NCBI GenBank assembly: GCA_963666565.1
Contig: OY762911.1
Location: 4,256,001 to 4,320,000, forward strand
DNA length: 64,000 nucleotides
From: Thermoanaerobaculia bacterium
Lineage (GTDB): Bacteria; Acidobacteriota; Thermoanaerobaculia; Multivoradales; Multivoraceae
Reading direction: 5' to 3'
The translations under genes were made by a program, and so were the position numbers. The notes beneath the pieces are model-generated. The model saw only the letters and a program-made list of their open reading frames with translations. It was not told the origin of the DNA and did no database searches. Below, piece after piece: positions 37,474 through 47,565 of this stretch (the stretch's first letter is position 1; each line of letters opens with the position of its first letter).

Positions 37474-38598
37474 CTACCGGCCGGCCCGGGTGTCCAGGCT
37501 GACGCTCTTCAGCAGGGCGAACACCGGCGAACCGACCGCGAGGCCAAGTTCCGCCGCCGACGCCCGCGTGATGCGGGCCCGCAGCCGATGCGATCCGAGA
37601 TCGACGGTCGCCTCGGCGAAGGCGGTCGACTCGTCCCGGTCGAGCGCCACGAGGACGCCGGACAGCACGTTGCGGATGCTGGTCGGCGACGGGCGCTCGG
37701 TGGCGAGCGAAACGTCGCGGGCGCGAACGAGCAACCGCGCCGACTCGCCGGGGGCCAGGTGCTCGATGCGCGGAACGCTGAGCCGCTGGCCGTCGAGGTC
37801 GAGCCAGGTCAGGCGGTACTCGTCGTCATGGGCGCCGACCCGCGCCTCCAGCACCGTCGCGGCCTGGAACCGCTCGGTGAGCGGCGCGAGGTCGAGCTGT
37901 TCGAGCACCTCGACCGTTCCACCGAACGCCTGAACACGGCCTTCGGCGAGCACCAGAACGCGGTCGGCCAGGAGCGCCACCTCGTCGACGGCGTGGCTGA
38001 CGTAGAGCGTCGGGATGCCGAAGCGCGGGTGAAGCGCCAGCAGGTACGGCATGATCTCCGCCTTACGGCGCCGGTCGAGGGCTGACAGCGGTTCGTCGAG
38101 CAGCAGCAGCCGCGGCCGGCTTAGCAGCGCCCGGCCCAGCGCGGCGCGCTGGCGCTCGCCGCCGGACAGGGTGTGCGGCCGCCGGCCGAGCAGCGGCGCC
38201 AGATCCAGGGCGTCGACGACGTCGTCGCGGTTGACCGCCGCAGCGACGCCGAGTTCCGGTGTACTCCGCCGATCCGCGTAGCCGAGGTTGCCCTCGACAT
38301 CGAGATGCGGAAACAGGCGGCCATCCTGAAAGGTGCAGCCCACGGGACGTCGGTGAGGCGGGGTCCGCACTCCCCGCCCACTGTCGAGCCAGGTCTCGCC
38401 ACCAAATGCGATCCGGCCCCGGGCGCAGGCCTCGAAGCCGAGAACCGCCCGCAGCAGGGTCGTCTTGCCGCTGCCCGACGGGCCGAAGACGGCTGTCACG
38501 CCGGCGGCGGGAATCGCCTGCTCAACGTCCAGGTCAAAGCCGGAGAAGCCGACCCGAACGTCGAGTTCAAGAGTTGTGCCCTCCCGCTCAGGCGACAT
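37474..38598 (-). CDS. modC: Molybdate ABC transporter ATP-binding protein
   Basis: GPSGSGKT, LSGGERQR, LLDEPLSALD, C-terminal TOBE domain (TSIRNVL). Confidence 0.95.
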   Translation of the reverse strand: MSPEREGTTLELDVRVGFSGFDLDVEQAIPAAGVTAVFGPSGSGKTTLLRAVLGFEACARGRIAFGGETWLDSGRGVRTPPHRRPVGCTFQDGRLFPHLDVEGNLGYADRRSTPELGVAAAVNRDDVVDALDLAPLLGRRPHTLSGGERQRAALGRALLSRPRLLLLDEPLSALDRRRKAEIMPYLLALHPRFGIPTLYVSHAVDEVALLADRVLVLAEGRVQAFGGTVEVLEQLDLAPLTERFQAATVLEARVGAHDDEYRLTWLDLDGQRLSVPRIEHLAPGESARLLVRARDVSLATERPSPTSIRNVLSGVLVALDRDESTAFAEATVDLGSHRLRARITRASAAELGLAVGSPVFALLKSVSLDTRAGR

Positions 38599-39265
38599 GA
38601 ACCGGCAGCCTCCGGTTGAACACGTAGACGAACACGAGCACCACGAACGCGAACAGCAGCAAGCCGGCGGCAAGCGTGTGCGCCTCCGCGTAGCGCAGGG
38701 TCTCGACATGCTCGTAGATGGCGATCGAGATGACCCGCGTCTTGCCGGGGATGTTGCCGCCGACCATCAGCACGACGCCGAACTCGCCGATGGTGTGGGC
38801 GAAAGTGAGCACCGCGGCGGTCAGGAAGCCGCGCAGCGACAGCGGCGCAGCGACGGTCAGGAAGGCGTCGAGCGGCGACGCGCGTAGCGCGGCAGCCGCC
38901 TCCAGAGGACCCCGGCCCAGCGACTCGAAGGCGGCCTGCAGCGGCTGCACCATGAACGGCAGCGAGTAGACGACGGAGGCGATCAGCAGCCCGGCGAACG
39001 AGAACGTCAGCGTCGTGTCCGTGACCTCGACCCAGAGCCCGCCCAGCCACGACCGGGGGCTCATCAGCAGCAGCAGATAGAAGCCCAGCACCGTCGGCGG
39101 CAGGACGAGCGGCAGCGCCGTCACCGCCTCGACCACCGGCTTGGCCCGCGAGCGCGTCCGCGCCAGCCACCACGCAAGCGGCGTCCCGAGAACGGCCAGC
39201 ACCAGGGTCGCGGCGCCCGCGAGTTGCAGGCTGAGCCACAGCGGGCCGAGTTCAGGCAGGTCCAC
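38588..39265 (-). CDS. modB: Molybdate ABC transporter permease
   Basis: LPLVLPPTVLGFYLL, FAHTIGEFGVVLMVGGNIPG. Confidence 0.95.
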   Translation of the reverse strand: MDLPELGPLWLSLQLAGAATLVLAVLGTPLAWWLARTRSRAKPVVEAVTALPLVLPPTVLGFYLLLLMSPRSWLGGLWVEVTDTTLTFSFAGLLIASVVYSLPFMVQPLQAAFESLGRGPLEAAAALRASPLDAFLTVAAPLSLRGFLTAAVLTFAHTIGEFGVVLMVGGNIPGKTRVISIAIYEHVETLRYAEAHTLAAGLLLFAFVVLVFVYVFNRRLPVHVA

Positions 39266-40229
39266 GGCGGCGGTTCTCAGCGGGCGCGGGCGTGACGGCA
39301 AGCGCGGGCGTGGCGGCGGTGGCGGCACCCGCCCCGTCTGGGGCCGGAGGCGCCGGCCCCCGCCGCGGCTGAGCGTGGTCGAGCCGCCCGGCTCCTTCGG
39401 CGACGGGAGGCTGTTCGCCACGGCGTTGCTGCCCGCGCTCGTGCAGACGCCGACGTTTGAGGAGGTCCGCTTGCGATACCAGGGCGTAGCCGAAGGACTC
39501 GATCGTCTCGAGGCCGCCCGGGCTGTGCAAGAAGACCTGGAACGCCTGAGCAGCCTCGCTGCGCTCGGCGCGCTTGAGCAGGACGGCGTCCTGGCGGATC
39601 GGCGGGTGGAGGTCTGCCGGGACGTTCCAGGAGCTCCCCGCAAGACCGTTGCGGGGACTGAGGACGGACGAACGCGCGACGAGGCCCAGTTCCGCGTTGC
39701 CGGAAGCGGTCATGGCGAAGGCCTGTCCGACGTTCTCGCCGAGGACGATCCTCGACTGGAGACTCTCCCACAGGCCGAGTTCGCGCAGGGTCTCGCGGGC
39801 GGCGGCGCCGTAGGGGGCCAGATCCGGGTTGGCAAGCGCCAGCCGGCGGAAGGCGGCGGTCCTCAGCGTGTCGGCGTCGACGGCGATCGTCGGATCGGCG
39901 GTCCACAGCACGAGTCGCCCGATGGCGTAGGTCCGCCGGGAGTCCTCGACGGCGAGCCCCTGTTCGACCAGCAGCCGCGGCCGCTCCTGGTCGGCGGCGA
40001 GAAACAGGTCGAAGGGAGCGCCGTGGAGAATCTGGGCGTAGAGCTTGCCGGTCGAACCGACGGTCACCGTCACCCGGTGGCCGGTCTCGCGCTCGAAGTC
40101 GACGGCGAGCGCCTCGACGGCTTCCGCCGCGTTGGCGGCCACCGCGACCGTCACCGTCGTCTCGCCCGCCCAGGCGCCGCCAGCCGTCAGGACGAGCGCC
40201 GGCAGGAGGCCCGTCCGGGCGGCCCTCAA
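39252..40229 (-). CDS. modA: Molybdate ABC transporter substrate-binding protein (with C-terminal extension)
   Basis: TTG 40229 overlaps the ggt stop; VAVAAN, GSTGKLYAQI, APYGAAA, GENVGQA. Confidence 0.92.
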   Translation of the reverse strand: MRAARTGLLPALVLTAGGAWAGETTVTVAVAANAAEAVEALAVDFERETGHRVTVTVGSTGKLYAQILHGAPFDLFLAADQERPRLLVEQGLAVEDSRRTYAIGRLVLWTADPTIAVDADTLRTAAFRRLALANPDLAPYGAAARETLRELGLWESLQSRIVLGENVGQAFAMTASGNAELGLVARSSVLSPRNGLAGSSWNVPADLHPPIRQDAVLLKRAERSEAAQAFQVFLHSPGGLETIESFGYALVSQADLLKRRRLHERGQQRRGEQPPVAEGAGRLDHAQPRRGPAPPAPDGAGAATAATPALAVTPAPAENRRRGPA

Positions 40230-42010
40230 ACGGCGACCGCCTGCGCCGTCCGCCTCGGATCGCCGCAGGCGACGGCACCGTCCTCGTCGATCAGGACGCC
40301 CTCGAACGAACCGCAGAGCCAGTTCCACGGGTTGACGACCTCGACCGTCTGGCCGGTCTCTTCCAGCAGCCGGACCGGATCGCCCGGCAGGTCGGCCTCC
40401 ACGATCAGCGCGCCGGGCACGCCCATCGACGAGCCGCCGAACCGCGGCTTGTGGACTGAAGTCTCAAGATCCAGGTCGAAGTCGAGCAGGTTCGTCGTGT
40501 TCTGGACGATGTTCTCGGTCAGCGAGACGCTCGGCGAGCCGGATGCGAGCACCGGCTTCCCGTCCCGCGTGAAGATGTTCGGGCAGATGCGGGCGTGCGC
40601 CCGGCCGCCCGGCTCGACCGGGCCGGAGCCGAGGTGGACGCCGGAGGCGCAGGCGTAGACGCCGTCGACGTAGATGCCGGTACGGAACGGCATCGACATG
40701 ACCGAGTGCAGCACGGTGGCGACGTTGCCCGCGGCGTCGACCACCGTGACGTGGTTCGAGCCCGGTGGAGGCGGCGGTACCACGCCCAGCGCCTCGTACC
40801 GGTCGTTGGGGCTGGCCGGCTTGCCCTCGAGCGCGGCGAACCGCTCCGCCGCGTAGTCCTTCGAGATCGCCCGCTCAACCTCGGGCAGGGTGCCGTCGAA
40901 GCGGCCACCCACCGCATCGGAGTACACCCGCCCGATGATCTGCATCATCCTGAGCGTCGTCTCGCCGGACTCGAACGCGGGGCCCGCCTGCTGGAGGTCG
41001 AGCAGCTCGACCATGTTCATGATCTCGACCAGGGCCTGGCCGCCGAAGTCCGGCGCGGGCGAACCGACGACGCCGTAGTCGCGGTAGGTGCCCATCACCG
41101 GCTCGTCCCAGAACGCCTCGTAGGCCGCCATGTCGTCGGCGGTGATCAGGCCTCCTCTGGCCTGCACGGTCTCGGCGTACCGGCGGCCGAACTCGCCCCG
41201 GTAGAAATGGTCGCCGCCTTCGGAGGCGAGCCGCTCGAGCGTGTCGGCGAGGGCGCTCTGCACCAGCTTGTCGCCGATGTTGCGCAGCGTGCTGCCGTCG
41301 AAGTAGATCTCCCGGCTGAAGGGCTCCCGGCCCAGCACCGCCGACTCGACGAACATCTCGCCCCACAGAAATGGGTGGATCTCGAAGCCGTCGCGGGCGT
41401 AGTGGATGGCCGGCGCCATCACGGTAGCCCGCGGCAGCAGGCCGTGGCGCTCGAGCCCGGCCTCGAAGCCGCCCCAGAACCCCGGCACGAAGCAGAGCGT
41501 GCCGTCCGTCTTCGTCATCAGCGCGCCGAACTCGGCCACGTCCATGTTCCGCACGTCCGGCACCGCCTGCGGCGCCGCCATCATGCCGTTGACGTAGGTG
41601 TACTCGCCGGAGGCGGCGTCGTAGTAGAGCATCGACAGGCAGCCGGAGAGGGTCGTCATGTGCGGCTCGACCACGGCCTGGGCGATGCTGGCGGCCATCA
41701 CGCCGTCGCAGGCGTTGCCGCCCAGGGCGAGCATGTCGGCCGCGGCGGCCGACGCCAGGGGATGGGTGCAGATGGCCAGGCCGTTGGCGCTGCGGACGGC
41801 CTGCTTGGGGCCGAAACGGGCGGTCGCCACCAGGGCGCGCCGCTTTTCGTCGTCCGGGGGCGTCCAGCCGTTGACGGCCGGCGGCGCGAGACCCTCGGGC
41901 TCCGATCCCGGTCCGCAACCGATCGCCATGGCCGCGCCACCGGCCGCCGCAGCCAGCAGGGTCCGGCGATTCAGAGTCAGGTCCGCCGTTTCAACGAGTC
42001 CTCTTCCCAT
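40226..42010 (-). CDS. ggt: Gamma-glutamyltransferase-family Ntn-hydrolase, divergent; Tat lipoprotein
   Basis: RRTLL Tat motif plus IGC lipobox; GGNACD, FYRG, GGLITADDMAAY, VVDAAGN, DPRR. Confidence 0.82.
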   Translation of the reverse strand: MGRGLVETADLTLNRRTLLAAAAGGAAMAIGCGPGSEPEGLAPPAVNGWTPPDDEKRRALVATARFGPKQAVRSANGLAICTHPLASAAAADMLALGGNACDGVMAASIAQAVVEPHMTTLSGCLSMLYYDAASGEYTYVNGMMAAPQAVPDVRNMDVAEFGALMTKTDGTLCFVPGFWGGFEAGLERHGLLPRATVMAPAIHYARDGFEIHPFLWGEMFVESAVLGREPFSREIYFDGSTLRNIGDKLVQSALADTLERLASEGGDHFYRGEFGRRYAETVQARGGLITADDMAAYEAFWDEPVMGTYRDYGVVGSPAPDFGGQALVEIMNMVELLDLQQAGPAFESGETTLRMMQIIGRVYSDAVGGRFDGTLPEVERAISKDYAAERFAALEGKPASPNDRYEALGVVPPPPPGSNHVTVVDAAGNVATVLHSVMSMPFRTGIYVDGVYACASGVHLGSGPVEPGGRAHARICPNIFTRDGKPVLASGSPSVSLTENIVQNTTNLLDFDLDLETSVHKPRFGGSSMGVPGALIVEADLPGDPVRLLEETGQTVEVVNPWNWLCGSFEGVLIDEDGAVACGDPRRTAQAVAV

Positions 42011-42102
42011 CGCTGCCTCCCTCACTCAAGTCTGGCATGAGGTTACCTTGCGCCAAGGCAGCCAAGGCGGCGCCGGCCTCTCGCGACCGCGGTTCGCTTC
42101 GG

Positions 42103-42128
42103 CTGGGTGCGCGGGTCTTCCGACCCGC
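42103..42128 (+). repeat. REP-like single copy
   Basis: ctgggtgcgcgggtcttccgacccgc. Confidence 0.85.
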
Positions 42129-42233
42129 ATCGAGCGCGATGCCGCGAAGCGGCGAGCCCGAGCCGGCCGGCCGCCTCCGGCTGCTGCCGTAAGATGCCTC
42201 ACCCAACCAACGAGGCAAGGGAGAGTTCGAGCC

Positions 42234-43007
42234 ATGTCCGAGCCGGTTCTGCTGGTCGAGAAGTCCGAAGGCATCGCCACCCTCACGCTGAACCGTCCAG
42301 GCGTGCTGAACGCCCTCTCGGAGGAGCTGCGCGACCTCCTCGCGCGGACCATCGAGGACCTCCACCAGGACGACGAAATCGGCGTGGTCATCCTGACCGG
42401 CGCCGGCCGCGCCTTCTGCGCCGGCCTCGACCTGAAGGAGATGAGCGATCCGGACCGGAAGCGCCGGTCGATCGCCGACCCGCCGAAGCTGCTCCGTTCG
42501 CTCCATCAACCCGTGATCGGCGCGATCAACGGGATCGCGGTGACCGGCGGCTTCGAGATCGCGCTCTCCTGCGACCTGTTGATCGCGACCCCCGAGGCGC
42601 GCTTCGCCGACACCCACGCCCGGGTCGGCCTGCTCTCCGGCTGGGGCCTCTCGGCGCGGCTGTCGCGGGCCATCGGCCCCGGCCGGGCCAAGGAACTCTC
42701 GCTGACCGGCAACTACCTGTCGGCGGACCGCGCCTGCGAGTGGGGCCTGGTCAACCGGATCGTGCCGCGAGAGGAGCTGCTCCCCACCTGCCGCGCCCTG
42801 GCCGTGGACATGCTGACCTGCCAGCGCGACGTGATGTTCCAGTACAAGCGGATGATCGACCGCGGCTTCGACCTGACCCTCGGCGACGCGATGGACTACG
42901 AGATCGAAGTCAACCGCATGTACCGCGGCCCCAGGCCCGAGGAAGTCGGCGAAAGGCTCGCCGGCATCCGCGCCCGCGGCCGCGCGCAGGCCGAAGACGC
43001 CCGCTAG
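42234..43007 (+). CDS. Enoyl-CoA hydratase/isomerase family protein
   Basis: TLNRPGVLNAL, FCAGLDLKE, GGFEIALSCD, FADTHARVG. Confidence 0.92.
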   Translation: MSEPVLLVEKSEGIATLTLNRPGVLNALSEELRDLLARTIEDLHQDDEIGVVILTGAGRAFCAGLDLKEMSDPDRKRRSIADPPKLLRSLHQPVIGAINGIAVTGGFEIALSCDLLIATPEARFADTHARVGLLSGWGLSARLSRAIGPGRAKELSLTGNYLSADRACEWGLVNRIVPREELLPTCRALAVDMLTCQRDVMFQYKRMIDRGFDLTLGDAMDYEIEVNRMYRGPRPEEVGERLAGIRARGRAQAEDAR

Positions 43008-43107
43008 CCGGCGGAGGCGTGTACCCGCCCGGGAGGGGCCAGCGGGGGCTTGCCTCCTGCTGCCGTTCGCGCTTTCTCGAACAAGGGGAGGTCGGCGTCG
43101 GCTCACA

Positions 43108-43133
43108 CTGGGTGCGCCGGCGTCCTCGCCGGC
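43108..43133 (+). repeat. REP-like type B copy between convergent genes
   Basis: ctgggtgcgccggcgtcctcgccggc. Confidence 0.7.
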
Positions 43134-43183
43134 TTCCGGAGAAGACACGCCGCGAAGCGGCGACCATGCGGCCGCGGCCCGGT

Positions 43184-44758
43184 CTAACCTTCGGAGGCGG
43201 TCGGCACGTCGAAGTACTTCTCGACGATCCAGTCGGGTTGCCAACGGTCGGGTTCGCGTTCGGTGCCGGTGAGATCGCGGTGCAGCGGGGCCGGGTCGGC
43301 GACGGAGAGCGGCACGGTGTCGCCCATGGCGGTTTGCCAGCCTTCCAGGAGAGCTTCGAGGCGGGTTGCGGTTTCCGCGTGGCCGGGATCGGCGACGAGG
43401 TTCGTCAGTTCGTCGGGGTCTTCGGCGAGATCGAAGAGCTGGCGGTGGTTGACCTTGGGGTACACGATCAGCTTGAAGCGGTCGTCGCGAACGGCGCGCA
43501 TGACGTCGCGGTAGGGCAGGAAGACGCTCCGGCGCCAGGTTGGATCGCCGCCGGACCAGAGGGACGCCAGGTCCCGGCCGTCGATTCCGGACGGCGCCTC
43601 GACGCCCCCGGCTGTGAGCAGGGTCGGGAACAGGTCGTAGAGGTAGGTGAATGCCTCGGTCGCGCCGTGCGGGATGCCCGGGCCGCGGACGATCAGCGGG
43701 CAGCGCATGGAGTGTTCGTAGAGGTTCTGCTTGCCGAGCAGGCCGTGGCTGCCGACGGCGAGGCCGTGGTCGGCGGCGTAGACGACGATCGTGTTCTCCG
43801 CCTGGCCGTTCTCGTCCAGGGCGCCGAGGATGCGTCCAACCTGCTCGTCGAGGTGCGTGATCAGGCCGTAGTACTCGGCGAGCTGGTCCCGGATCGTGCC
43901 CTCGGTGCGCGGCCACGCTGCCAGGTTCTCGTCGCGGAGGATGAGCGCGCCGTTGTCGAAGGGGTGCTGCGGCATGTAGTTCGGCGGCAGCGGCAGGTTG
44001 CGCTGGTAGTAGCGCTCGCGGTACTCCGGCGGCGGCTGGCGCGGATCGTGCGGCGCCGTGAACGGCACGTAGGCGAAGAACGGCTGCTCCGTGCCGCCGC
44101 CGCGCGCCTTGGCCGCCTCGGCCCGCTCGTTCAGGAACTCGATGACCGCGTCGGCGAACAGCTCGCTGGAGAAGGTCTCCCCCACCCGCCGGCGCACCAT
44201 GCCGCCGTTCTCGATGTCCTGAACCTCGGTTCGGGTGTGGTCGGCCATGCCGCCGAGGTAGATCGCCGTGCCCCGGTCGAAGCTCCGCAACAGCGCCTCC
44301 TCGCCGTTGTGCCACTTGCCGGTGATGAACGTCCGGTAGCCCGCAGTCTCCAGCAGCCGGGGCAGGGTCGGCACGCCCTCCATGTCGTTGGGCGAGCGCA
44401 TCCAGCTCCGGCCGGTCAGCACCATCGCCCGGCTCGGAACGCACACGGCGCCGCTGTTCGAGCCGAACACGTAGTTGCGCCGGAAGCTCCACCCTTCCTC
44501 GACCAGACGGTCCAGGTTCGGTGTGTCGATCAGCTCGTTTCCCCAGGCGCCGATCGTGTCGGCGCGCTGATCGTCGGCGAACAGGAACAGGACGTTGGGC
44601 CGCGGCGGCCCCGGGGCTCCGTCGGCGCCGGACCCATCGGTCGGCGGCGCCGCACAGGCGAGGAGTGCGAGACACGCGGCCCACGCCGCCCCGCTCCGGG
44701 CCCGGGAGGCAACATCCCGCGCGCCGCTCCGCCGCCGGCCGTTCAACGGCGAACTCAC
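43184..44758 (-). CDS. Sulfatase-like hydrolase (Cys-type), lipoprotein
   Basis: PNVLFLFADDQR, CVPSRAMVLTG, GKWHN, ADHG, GKQNLYE; lipobox LLAC. Confidence 0.92.
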   Translation of the reverse strand: MSSPLNGRRRSGARDVASRARSGAAWAACLALLACAAPPTDGSGADGAPGPPRPNVLFLFADDQRADTIGAWGNELIDTPNLDRLVEEGWSFRRNYVFGSNSGAVCVPSRAMVLTGRSWMRSPNDMEGVPTLPRLLETAGYRTFITGKWHNGEEALLRSFDRGTAIYLGGMADHTRTEVQDIENGGMVRRRVGETFSSELFADAVIEFLNERAEAAKARGGGTEQPFFAYVPFTAPHDPRQPPPEYRERYYQRNLPLPPNYMPQHPFDNGALILRDENLAAWPRTEGTIRDQLAEYYGLITHLDEQVGRILGALDENGQAENTIVVYAADHGLAVGSHGLLGKQNLYEHSMRCPLIVRGPGIPHGATEAFTYLYDLFPTLLTAGGVEAPSGIDGRDLASLWSGGDPTWRRSVFLPYRDVMRAVRDDRFKLIVYPKVNHRQLFDLAEDPDELTNLVADPGHAETATRLEALLEGWQTAMGDTVPLSVADPAPLHRDLTGTEREPDRWQPDWIVEKYFDVPTASEG

Positions 44759-47565
44759 CACTCCAGCCGGACGCCGACCTCGAAGCGCCGCGGCTGCCGG
44801 TAGCGCGTCGGCTCGCCCGGGCCGGCGCCCCGCCAGCAGCCCCTGGAGTACGAGCAGACGCTCAGGACCTGCTCGTCGTCCAGCAGGTTGTAGACGGATG
44901 CCATCAGCCTTGCCCGCACCCCGTGTCCGTGTTCACTGTGATGTACGTGGCCGTGATCGTGATCGTCCTCTTCGGCGTCCCCGCCACCGAAGCGGAAGGC
45001 CCGCGACACCTGGAGGTCGATCTTGTGATTCTCGTTCGCCTCCAGGCTGCCGCGCGGCGCCTCGTAGACGCTGCCGTAGGGCGTGCCCCAGTTCCACGGA
45101 GTGTAGACGAACGGCGACGACCAGGTGGCGCCGAATCCCAGGAGGAACTCGGCGGGCAGGCTGACGTGCCCGTGGACCTTGACCCGGTGCCGGCGATGGT
45201 CCGGGAGGAAGCCGTAGCGGTTCTCGTAGTGGTCGGGGTAGATGTCGAAGTCCGAGCCCGTGGCGCCGGTGTAGGCGATGTTGCCCTTCGACTCGGAAAC
45301 GACCCAGGAGGCCGTGATGTGGGCCCTCGACGACCACCTGGTCTCGAAGTCGAGCAGGAAGCCCTGGTAGTCGCGCCTCAGTCCCGGCAGGTTCGCCACT
45401 ACGTAGTGGTCGCAGGCGGAGCCGGCGGACGGCGTCGGCCAGTTGCCGTTGCAGGTGTCCTCGATGATGTCGTGCGTCGCCTTGTCGACGTAGCTCAGCC
45501 CCAGCGACGTCCGCCGCGCGACCTCCACCTCCACGCCCAGGATCGCCTCTTCGGCGAAGGTCGGTTCGAGTTCCGGCTGGACGCGGTTCGGTTCGGCGTA
45601 GAAGGACCAGAACAGGAACCAGCCGAAGGGATCGTGCGCCAGGCGGTCCGCCGTCCAGCCGGGGACCACGTGCCCGCCGATCGACCGGGCGCCCCCCGCC
45701 ACGTCCATGCACTTGTCGGGCGTCACGCGCAGGAAGAGCGCCGAGAACGCCGAACAGGAACGGTAGTAGTTCCAGGGCGTCGTCACCACGCGGGTGAAGC
45801 TCGCCAGCCGCAACGCGCTCGGGTGCATGAAACGGCCCCAACTGGCCCGCACGGCCAGCCGGCCGTTCCCCAGCACGTCCCAGACCGCCCCGAACCGCGG
45901 CTGCAGCTTCGCCAGCGACGCGATCTCGGCGCCGACGTCGTTGTCGAAGCCCACGCCGTCCCGGCGCAGGCCCACCTTGAACGTCAGATCGTGGGTCGGG
46001 CGCCAGGTGTCCTGGAGATAGGTCGTCAGCAACTCGCCCGACGACGGCGACGGCGGCGCGTGCGGCCGCACCAGGTAGCTGTACGGTGCGCCCAGGAAGT
46101 TGTAGAAGACGCCGCCGCCCGTCAGGTTGCTCTGCCTGACGTAGGCCAGGTCGGCGAAGTCCACGCCGAAGCGGACTTCATGGTCGGCGCCGCCGTGGCC
46201 GCTGAACCAGGCGACGCTCGCCGACGCCTCGTCCCGGTCCCTGCTGGAGAACGACAGTCCGGAAGCGTTCACCGAAGCGCCGTAACCGAGGCCGACGTCG
46301 ACGTGGCCGCTCGTGTCGAGGTCGCCGCTCATCGGAGTGGCAGCCGACTCGCCGCGCGACCGCGAGAGGGTCAGCCGCCACTCGAACCGCGAAGCCGTGA
46401 GCCCCATCGCGTCGACGCTGGCGATGCCCGTGTCGCCGTCGCTGCGGCTCGCCGCCTCCGCGGCGGTGAACCGGCTGGCGTTCGCGTTCAGCACCGTCGG
46501 CCGGTCGCCCACCCAGCGGCCCATGACCTGCCACTGCGGGCTCGCCTGCCAGGTGAGCTTGGCGAGGTAGTTGTCCCGGTCGAGCTGGCGCGTCGTCGGC
46601 GACTCGGTCGGGGTTGCCTTGTCCTGGATCCGGCTCAGCGCGCCGAAGTACCAGAGCCGGTCCTGCAGGAACGGTCCGCCGAGCGTGAACGAGGGCTCGG
46701 AGTACTCGAAGATGTCGTCGTCCTTGTCGAAGTGCTCGCCGTTCGTGTTGAAGTTCGTGTCGCGGTAGCGCAGGTCGAAGGTGCCCGAGGTGTCGTTGCC
46801 GCCGGACTTGGTGATCACGTTGATCACGCCGCCCGTCGCGCGGCCGTAGCGCGCCTCGAAGCCGCCCGTCTCGAAGTTGATCTCCTGGATCGCGTCGAAG
46901 TTCAGATGGACCCCGACCGTCGCCGAGACGGGATCGGTCGAATCGACGCTGTCGATGTAGTAGACGTTCTCGGCCTGGGTCGACCCGAAGACGTGGGGAT
47001 TGGCCGAGAGCGGCGCCCGCGTCCCTTCCCGCCGCCGCCGCGACTGCGTCTGGGCCACCCCCGGCGCCTGGGCCAGGACGTTGTAGTAGCGCCGGTTCAG
47101 CGAACCCACCGACGACTCCTGCAGATGCTCGTAGGTGAACGTCTGCGACGTCGAGACCTGCTCCGGATCGACGACCGGCGTCTCGGCCACCACGGTGATC
47201 TCGCCGGCGAACTCGCCGAGCTCCAGGTCCACGTGGATCTCCGTCACCCGGTTGAGCCGCACCTCGACTTCGCTGCGGCGCTGCGGGACGAAGCCCTCGA
47301 GCTCGACGTCCACGGTGTACACGCCGGGCGGAAGGCTGTGGAAGTTGACGCCTCCGTCCGCGTCGCTGAACTCGGTGCGCGTGCCCATCAGGGAAGGCGA
47401 GGCGATGGTGACGGCGGCGCCGGGCAGCGGCGCGTGGTCGGCGTCCTCGATGTGGCCGGCGAGGCGCCCCGTCGGCTGGGCGGACGCGGGCGGGGCGGCG
47501 CCCAGAAGCGCGAGGGACAGAAGGGAGCAGCGAAGGAGGTTCCGGAAACCGGCGAACTCGGTCAT
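44755..47565 (-). CDS. TonB-dependent receptor (Oar-like, carboxypeptidase-regulatory N-domain)
   Basis: LPGAAVT, LPPGVYTV, GGFEARYGRATGGVINVITKSG, LQPRFG; C-terminal VRLEW. Confidence 0.9.
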   Translation of the reverse strand: MTEFAGFRNLLRCSLLSLALLGAAPPASAQPTGRLAGHIEDADHAPLPGAAVTIASPSLMGTRTEFSDADGGVNFHSLPPGVYTVDVELEGFVPQRRSEVEVRLNRVTEIHVDLELGEFAGEITVVAETPVVDPEQVSTSQTFTYEHLQESSVGSLNRRYYNVLAQAPGVAQTQSRRRREGTRAPLSANPHVFGSTQAENVYYIDSVDSTDPVSATVGVHLNFDAIQEINFETGGFEARYGRATGGVINVITKSGGNDTSGTFDLRYRDTNFNTNGEHFDKDDDIFEYSEPSFTLGGPFLQDRLWYFGALSRIQDKATPTESPTTRQLDRDNYLAKLTWQASPQWQVMGRWVGDRPTVLNANASRFTAAEAASRSDGDTGIASVDAMGLTASRFEWRLTLSRSRGESAATPMSGDLDTSGHVDVGLGYGASVNASGLSFSSRDRDEASASVAWFSGHGGADHEVRFGVDFADLAYVRQSNLTGGGVFYNFLGAPYSYLVRPHAPPSPSSGELLTTYLQDTWRPTHDLTFKVGLRRDGVGFDNDVGAEIASLAKLQPRFGAVWDVLGNGRLAVRASWGRFMHPSALRLASFTRVVTTPWNYYRSCSAFSALFLRVTPDKCMDVAGGARSIGGHVVPGWTADRLAHDPFGWFLFWSFYAEPNRVQPELEPTFAEEAILGVEVEVARRTSLGLSYVDKATHDIIEDTCNGNWPTPSAGSACDHYVVANLPGLRRDYQGFLLDFETRWSSRAHITASWVVSESKGNIAYTGATGSDFDIYPDHYENRYGFLPDHRRHRVKVHGHVSLPAEFLLGFGATWSSPFVYTPWNWGTPYGSVYEAPRGSLEANENHKIDLQVSRAFRFGGGDAEEDDHDHGHVHHSEHGHGVRARLMASVYNLLDDEQVLSVCSYSRGCWRGAGPGEPTRYRQPRRFEVGVRLEW

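Noticed and set aside
39464-39475. 12-bp match cgcaagcggacc shared between the modA extension and the TIM-barrel insert (8021)
   Set aside because: Too short; the flanks do not align convincingly
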